From Planctomycetota bacterium (lineage in GTDB: Bacteria; Planctomycetota; Phycisphaerae; Phycisphaerales; UBA1924), in assembly GCA_033763435.1 (NCBI GenBank), contig JANRKN010000165.1:1-10600 (forward strand): a stretch of DNA of 10,600 nt, written 5' to 3'. The position numbers and the translations under genes are program-made. Shown here piece by piece: positions 6,421 through 10,600 of this stretch (the stretch's first letter is position 1; each line of letters starts with the position of its first letter). The notes below the pieces were generated by a model. It was not told where the DNA came from. It saw only the letters and a program-made list of their open reading frames with translations, and made no database searches.

Positions 6421-6436
6421 TTCAGTTCGCGCGGCC

Positions 6437-6682
6437 TCAGTTCACGCTGGAGGGCACCGCGCGCCTGTTCAGTTCTTCGAGTTCCTTCTTTTCCTGCTCA
6501 GAGATCTGGCTCGCCGCGGCCTTCTGATCAGGCGGGATCGGGTCCTTGATCGGCGCGGGCCCGAGGTTGATCACCCCCGTCCCGTACAGGATGCCGACGG
6601 TGCCCAGCCCGAGCATCACCACCGCCAGCGTGATCTTCAAGCCCTTGCCGCCGCCCGAAGGTTCTTCAGTTTTCATCGCCAT
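6437..6682 (-). CDS. small membrane protein, 81 aa: one TM helix (ITLAVVMLGLGTVGILYGTGVI) and a C-terminal Lys/Glu-rich amphipathic tail; 38 nt downstream of the permease, likely co-transcribed
   Basis: Minus-strand ORF with ATG at 6680-6682 and stop at 6437-6439. GC3 bias except in the K/E-rich tail. No convincing RBS. Protein-like hydrophobic segment. The overlapping + ORFs (6086..6793, 6159..6527, 6546..6803) look non-coding. Confidence 0.45.
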   Translation of the reverse strand: MAMKTEEPSGGGKGLKITLAVVMLGLGTVGILYGTGVINLGPAPIKDPIPPDQKAAASQISEQEKKELEELNRRAVPSSVN

Positions 6683-6720
6683 GCCCGGATTCTACGGCAT
6701 GTGCCAAGGCTCGGGGCCGC

Positions 6721-8127
6721 TCAACCCACGTCGCGCTTCTGGAACAGCATCACCGCCAGCGACAGGCACGCGCCGATCTGCAGCAGCGAGTAGAGCGCGA
6801 TGAGCCCGACGTGCGAGACGGGGATCGCGACGTTCTGGCTGACGGCGTCGAGGAGCCAGAAGTAGTGCAGGTTGGGCACGACCGCCCACGCCGCGAGATA
6901 CACGGGCCGCACGACCGTGGGCGTCGCGAAGACATAATCGCCCGGCTCCGGCGGCCTGCGGACCGCGCCGCCCTCGCGGTTGTCCTCGGGCCCGATGTGA
7001 CGCAGCGTCAGCACGGGCCGCCCGCCCGCCGAACCCTCCGCGCCCTTGCTGAAGCTCAGGTTCGTGAGCACGATCGCCCGCGGCGCGTTCGCGCCCAGCG
7101 TCTGCTGCGGATCGCTCAGGCTGCCCTCAAACCGCAGCGCCTCGGGCGAGGCGGTCTGAAGATCAAACCCGTTGGGGTTGGGCCCATAGCGCAGGAAATC
7201 GCCCGCGGCGAGCGGCCTGGTCGCGGGCAGTTCGAGCGTGACCTCGTAGAAATCGCCGGGCGTCGCGAAGCTCGGGTCGCGCGGGTTGGCCGCGACGACC
7301 GCCGCGACGCGCCCGATCGGGTCGTTGGAGTAGGCCAGACGCCCGAGGAAGTAGTTCGTCAGCAGCGAGGCGAGGAAGACGCCCGCGCAGACGGTGATGG
7401 TCATGACCTGCGAGAGGCGCGTGGAGGCCGCGGTCGCGATCGCCGTGAGCACCAGCACCGCCAGCAGCAGCACGGCGCAGGCGAGGGTGATCTGGGGCTT
7501 GAAGTCGACCAGCGGGGGCTGGATCCGCCATTCCTTGCCGATGAACATCACCGCGACGAACGCCGCGATCGTCAGCGGCGCGAGCAGCAGCGTGACCATC
7601 TGCGGGAACGACCAGCCGTAGAAGTAGTTGGCCCAGCCCGCAAAGCCCAGCGCCCCGCCGACCGCCAGCAGCGAGAAGACGACCACGGGCATATCGATCT
7701 CGTCGGCGGCGGTAGACATCACGCCGTGGCGGATGCACAGCAGCAGGAAGACGAGCATGGTGATGACGGCGATCGAGATCGCGCCCGCGACGCCCAGAAA
7801 CTTGCCGAGGACGACGGTGGGGCGCGCGATGGGCTTGGAGACCACGGTGAGAACGGTCTTGTTCTCGATCTCGCGGCTCATGACCGCGGTCGCGAGGAAA
7901 CCGGCGAGCAGCATGCCCATGACGAAGACGGAGGAGAGCCCGATGTCGAGCAGGAGCTTGTTGTCGCCCGAGACCTCGGAGGCATCGGTGTAGCCCATCG
8001 AGTAGCCGGTGGACCAGGTGGTGAAGATCTGGATCACGCCGCAGAGCAGCGTGAGGATGAAGAGCACGGGCTGACGCGTGCTCTCGACGAACGTGTTCTT
8101 CGCGATGGTGAGCGACTGGATGACCAT
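6721..8127 (-). CDS. ABC-2 family transporter permease, 469 aa (ORF 6721..8739 trimmed to internal Met 205): five TM helices, an extracytoplasmic insertion of about 150 aa, and a C-terminal TM helix
   Basis: The N-terminus MVIQSLTIAKNTFVESTRQPVLFILTLL matches the characteristic start of ABC-2 / NosY / GldF-type permeases (M..IL.IAKKEF...LRS). Multiple hydrophobic helices. The 204-aa extension upstream of this Met is P/R-rich and non-protein-like, and it would overlap the divergent 8678 gene. ATG is the complement of cat at 8125-8127; stop is the complement of tca at 6721-6723. Confidence 0.75.
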   Translation of the reverse strand: MVIQSLTIAKNTFVESTRQPVLFILTLLCGVIQIFTTWSTGYSMGYTDASEVSGDNKLLLDIGLSSVFVMGMLLAGFLATAVMSREIENKTVLTVVSKPIARPTVVLGKFLGVAGAISIAVITMLVFLLLCIRHGVMSTAADEIDMPVVVFSLLAVGGALGFAGWANYFYGWSFPQMVTLLLAPLTIAAFVAVMFIGKEWRIQPPLVDFKPQITLACAVLLLAVLVLTAIATAASTRLSQVMTITVCAGVFLASLLTNYFLGRLAYSNDPIGRVAAVVAANPRDPSFATPGDFYEVTLELPATRPLAAGDFLRYGPNPNGFDLQTASPEALRFEGSLSDPQQTLGANAPRAIVLTNLSFSKGAEGSAGGRPVLTLRHIGPEDNREGGAVRRPPEPGDYVFATPTVVRPVYLAAWAVVPNLHYFWLLDAVSQNVAIPVSHVGLIALYSLLQIGACLSLAVMLFQKRDVG

Positions 8128-8200
8128 AAATGCGTGCGCGAGGCGGGCGCGGCACGGGAGAACCCCGCCAGCGCCGGGAAGAATGTGGACCCCGAAGGTA

Positions 8201-8223
8201 CGAACATAGCCGGGCTGTGTTCG
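8201..8223. promoter_or_regulatory. 23-bp near-perfect palindrome CGAACATAGCCGGGCTGTGTTCG (one mismatch), 75-95 bp upstream of the permease start in the divergent intergenic region; candidate dimeric-regulator operator
   Basis: Dyad symmetry read directly: 11 of 12 half-site positions pair. The function is inference. Confidence 0.3.
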
Positions 8224-8277
8224 CCGGTCACGGCCCGCGGGCCTTCCGCGTGCGCAAGGGTTGCGGGGCTGGGCTTG

Positions 8278-8329
8278 CTGGTTGGGCCTGCTGGTTGGGC
8301 CTGCAGGTTGGGTTGGCAGGTTGGGCTTC
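8278..8329. repeat. Four tandem 13-bp G-rich units (ctggttgggcctg x2, caggttgggttgg, caggttgggcttc), flanked by further GGG runs from 8265 to 8333 (G4-capable on the + strand)
   Basis: Direct reading of the sequence. Lies between divergent genes: about 150-200 bp upstream of the permease start and about 350 bp upstream of the SPFH gene start. Confidence 0.6.
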
Positions 8330-8677
8330 GGGACGATGAAGTCCCCAAAGGCGGGCCGAACCCAGGGCCCCGCGCGGCTGTATAGAGGATGCCGATCGAC
8401 AGGGAATCGGCGAATGGCTGGAAAGCGACCCCCGGGCGGCTCACAATACCGCCCCGGTCCCTCGACCGGCCTCGGGCCCGCCTTCGGGCCCGGCGCTACC
8501 TCTTCTCTGTGGGCCTTCGGTGTTGGGGCATTGGGACGTCGGGCGAGTTCTTCGTCCGGCGGAGTGCGCGGGTTGGAAGCAACGGAGTGCGCCGCCGGGC
8601 CTTGGGTCCCGGCTCGCTGTGCGTCCGAGACTGTGCGTGGGGGGCTGTGTGTGTGACTGAGGTCGGCTGGAGCGTCC

Positions 8678-10570
8678 ATGCGGATTGACCAACTGACGTA
8701 CAAGCGTGCGACCGGCGTGAGTGTCCGCGGCCTGATCATCCAGGTCGTCTTTGCCGTCGCCTTCGTGATCTACGGCTTCCGCGCGGGCGATGCCTCCGCG
8801 CTCAACGCCGCGATCTATCTCGGCGCGGGCATCCTCGCCTGGCTCGCCCTGGCGATCGTCTTCGATCAGCACCGCCGCGAGCGCCTGGAAGCCTTCGAAC
8901 AGCAGGCCCTGGCCGAGAGCGGCGCCGCGGACACCTCCGTCTTCGGCTCGGGCGACGATGAGTTCCGCCCCGCGCAGCGCCGGCTCAACACGCTCTACCG
9001 CTGGTTCGTCCCCATCGTCGCGCTGCTGATGGCGGGCACGCTCATCGGGCTGGGCGTCGTGCGCTTCCTGCAGGCGCGCGAGGACCTGCCGCTCCCCGGC
9101 ACGAGCGCGACGCGCCTGCCCAACGAGGCGCTCCGCGGCTGGGCGCTGGCGATCGCGACGACGGTGGCCTTCGCGGGCTTTGTCTTCGCGCGCTACGCCT
9201 CGGGCATGGGCAAGCAGAAGGTGTGGGCGAGCCTGAAGGCGGGCGCCGCGGTGAGCGCGGGCTCGTCGCTCCTGGGCCTGCTGCTCGCGATCGCGCACTT
9301 CATCAAGTACATCGGGCCCGACGTGGGCCTGGTCTATCTGCCCATCATCACCGCCTCGCTGCTCGTGCTGCTGGGCGCGGAGATCGTGGTGCGCTTCCTG
9401 CTGGAGCTCTACCGCCCGCGCAAGGCGGGCGAGTTCCCCGCGCCCGCGTTCGAGTCCAAGCTGCTGGGCCTGTTCGCCGCGCCCGACCGGATCGCCGAGT
9501 CGATCTCGGGCGCGATCAACTATCAGTTCGGCTCGAATGTTTCGGACACGTGGTTCTACCGCCTCGTGCTCCGCAGCAAGGAACTGCTGCTGCTGGTCGC
9601 GATCCTGCTGTTCTGGGGCATGACGAGCATCGTGGTGGTCGAGCCTCACCAGCGCGGGCTGATCCTCCGCGGCGGCGCCGTCGCGCGCGAGGCCGAGCCG
9701 GGCCTGCACTTCAAGTATCCCTGGCCCTTCGAGCGCCTGGAAGTGCCCGTCTACGGGCGCGTCAACGACCGCGGGCGCTTTGAGGAAAAGACGCGGACGG
9801 TGACGGGCCTGCGGGTCATCAACCTCGCGACGGCCTCGCCCTCGGGCGACAAGCCGATCCTCTGGACGAACGAGCACGCGCGCGACGAGGTCTTCCAGCT
9901 CGTGCAGCCCGCGCGCGCGACGCTGAGCGAGTCGTTCGCCGCGCCGGGCGCCGAGGAACCCGCGATGACCGCCGCGGGCAGCCCCGCCGCGGGCGCGCGG
10001 GACCTGGCGATGATCTCGCTGGAAGTGCCCGTGCACTACGTCGTGCGCGACGTGAAGGCGTTCGAATCGCTCGGCCCGCCCGCGATGCGCGACCCGATCC
10101 TCCGCGGCGCGGGGCAGCGCGAACTCATCCAGTTCCTGGGCACCTACTCGATCGACCAGATCCTCGGCAAGGAGCGCGCGGGCCTGGCCGAGAAGCTCCG
10201 CGCCCGCGTGCAGGCCGCGTACGACCGGCTGAACGTGGGAGGCGAAGGCCGGGGCGCGGGCGTCGAGGTCGTCTTCGTCGGGCTCAACGGCGCGCACCCG
10301 CCGCGCGAGACCGCCGCGAGCTTCGAGCGCGTCGTGCAGGCCGAGCAGAACCGCCAGAGCAAGGTCGAGACGGCCCGCGCCGAGGCAATCGAACGGCTCA
10401 CGCGCAGCGTCGGCTCGGTCGACCGCGCGCGCACCATCGCGTCGGAACTGATGGAGCTGGAGAAGCTCCGCGAGACGGGCGCGAAGGCTGAACTCATCGC
10501 CGAGAAGGAATTCGCGATCCAGCGCCTGCTCGAACAGGCGGGGGGCGAGGCGGCGGCGATCCTCGCCTAG
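8678..10570 (+). CDS. SPFH/band-7 family protein (HflK/HflC-like), 630 aa, with an unusual N-terminal polytopic membrane extension of about 300 aa (six predicted TM helices) preceding the canonical anchor TM, SPFH domain and coiled-coil tail
   Basis: GGAG at 8669-8672, 5 nt spacer, ATG 8678. Strong GC3 bias from the first codon, so the N-terminal extension is coding. The SPFH region aligns by eye with E. coli HflK: LLLLVAILLFWGMTSIVVVEPHQRGLILRGG...EPGLHFKYPWPFERLEVPV, ISLEVPVHYVV, GVEVVFVGLNGAHPPRETAASFERVVQAEQNRQ (compare ARPPEEVKAAFDDAIAARENEQ), followed by a coiled-coil C-terminus. Stop TAG at 10568-10570. Confidence 0.85.
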   Translation: MRIDQLTYKRATGVSVRGLIIQVVFAVAFVIYGFRAGDASALNAAIYLGAGILAWLALAIVFDQHRRERLEAFEQQALAESGAADTSVFGSGDDEFRPAQRRLNTLYRWFVPIVALLMAGTLIGLGVVRFLQAREDLPLPGTSATRLPNEALRGWALAIATTVAFAGFVFARYASGMGKQKVWASLKAGAAVSAGSSLLGLLLAIAHFIKYIGPDVGLVYLPIITASLLVLLGAEIVVRFLLELYRPRKAGEFPAPAFESKLLGLFAAPDRIAESISGAINYQFGSNVSDTWFYRLVLRSKELLLLVAILLFWGMTSIVVVEPHQRGLILRGGAVAREAEPGLHFKYPWPFERLEVPVYGRVNDRGRFEEKTRTVTGLRVINLATASPSGDKPILWTNEHARDEVFQLVQPARATLSESFAAPGAEEPAMTAAGSPAAGARDLAMISLEVPVHYVVRDVKAFESLGPPAMRDPILRGAGQRELIQFLGTYSIDQILGKERAGLAEKLRARVQAAYDRLNVGGEGRGAGVEVVFVGLNGAHPPRETAASFERVVQAEQNRQSKVETARAEAIERLTRSVGSVDRARTIASELMELEKLRETGAKAELIAEKEFAIQRLLEQAGGEAAAILA

Positions 10571-10600
10571 GCCTCGGCAGAACGCTGGACGCGGCACATG

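Noticed and set aside
6086-6803. Protein-coding ORFs spanning the repeat nest (6086..6793 +, 6159..6527 +, 6546..6803 +)
   Set aside because: Their translations are periodic products of the 25-bp DNA repeat, and the same repeat element elsewhere is read in a different frame. The minus-strand small gene and the permease account for the right-hand part.
8128-8739. 204-aa N-terminal extension of the permease ORF (6721..8739 -)
   Set aside because: The extension is P/R-rich and non-protein-like, overlaps the start of the divergent SPFH gene, and the internal MVIQSLTIAKNTF is the canonical ABC-2 permease N-terminus.
10045-10070. tRNA-like T-loop sequence ggcgttcgaatcg
   Set aside because: It lies inside the strongly codon-biased SPFH CDS (K-A-F-E-S-L), and no cloverleaf, acceptor-stem or anticodon-arm complement is evident.

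Overview
This 10.6 kb window is very GC-rich (about 70%) with strongly G/C-biased third codon positions (acg, gcg, ccg, tcg preferred). The protein content points to a Planctomycetota-like organism: an FGE/SUMF1-domain protein with dockerin-like repeats, and a secreted protein with a planctomycete-cytochrome-like C..CH segment. I call ten protein genes. Seven are on the + strand: three small hypothetical genes (267-866, 990-1379, 1410-1790), a 98-aa coiled-coil protein (2006-2302), a lipoprotein (2322-2990), a 486-aa secreted PT-linker protein (3116-4576) and an FGE-sulfatase-domain protein (4803-5951). Two are on the - strand: an ABC-2 family permease (8127-6721) and a small single-TM protein (6682-6437). 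The tenth, on the + strand, is a 630-aa SPFH/band-7 (HflK/HflC-like) protein with a long polytopic N-terminal membrane extension (8678-10570). No rRNA, tRNA, CRISPR array, transposase or integrase is supportable from the sequence. The most unusual signal is in the intergenic DNA: a family of dispersed repeats that recur in several gaps. It comprises REP-like 11-bp-stem hairpins present in both orientations, a composite element of roughly 120-240 bp present twice, and a 25-bp unit in a 4.4-copy tandem array; the convergent intergenic region 5952-6436 is a nest of all three. Other noncoding signals are a G-quadruplex-type motif, a 13-bp G-rich tandem array and a near-perfect 23-bp palindrome in the divergent region between the permease and the SPFH gene. 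All functional assignments come from motif recognition by eye, with no database search.
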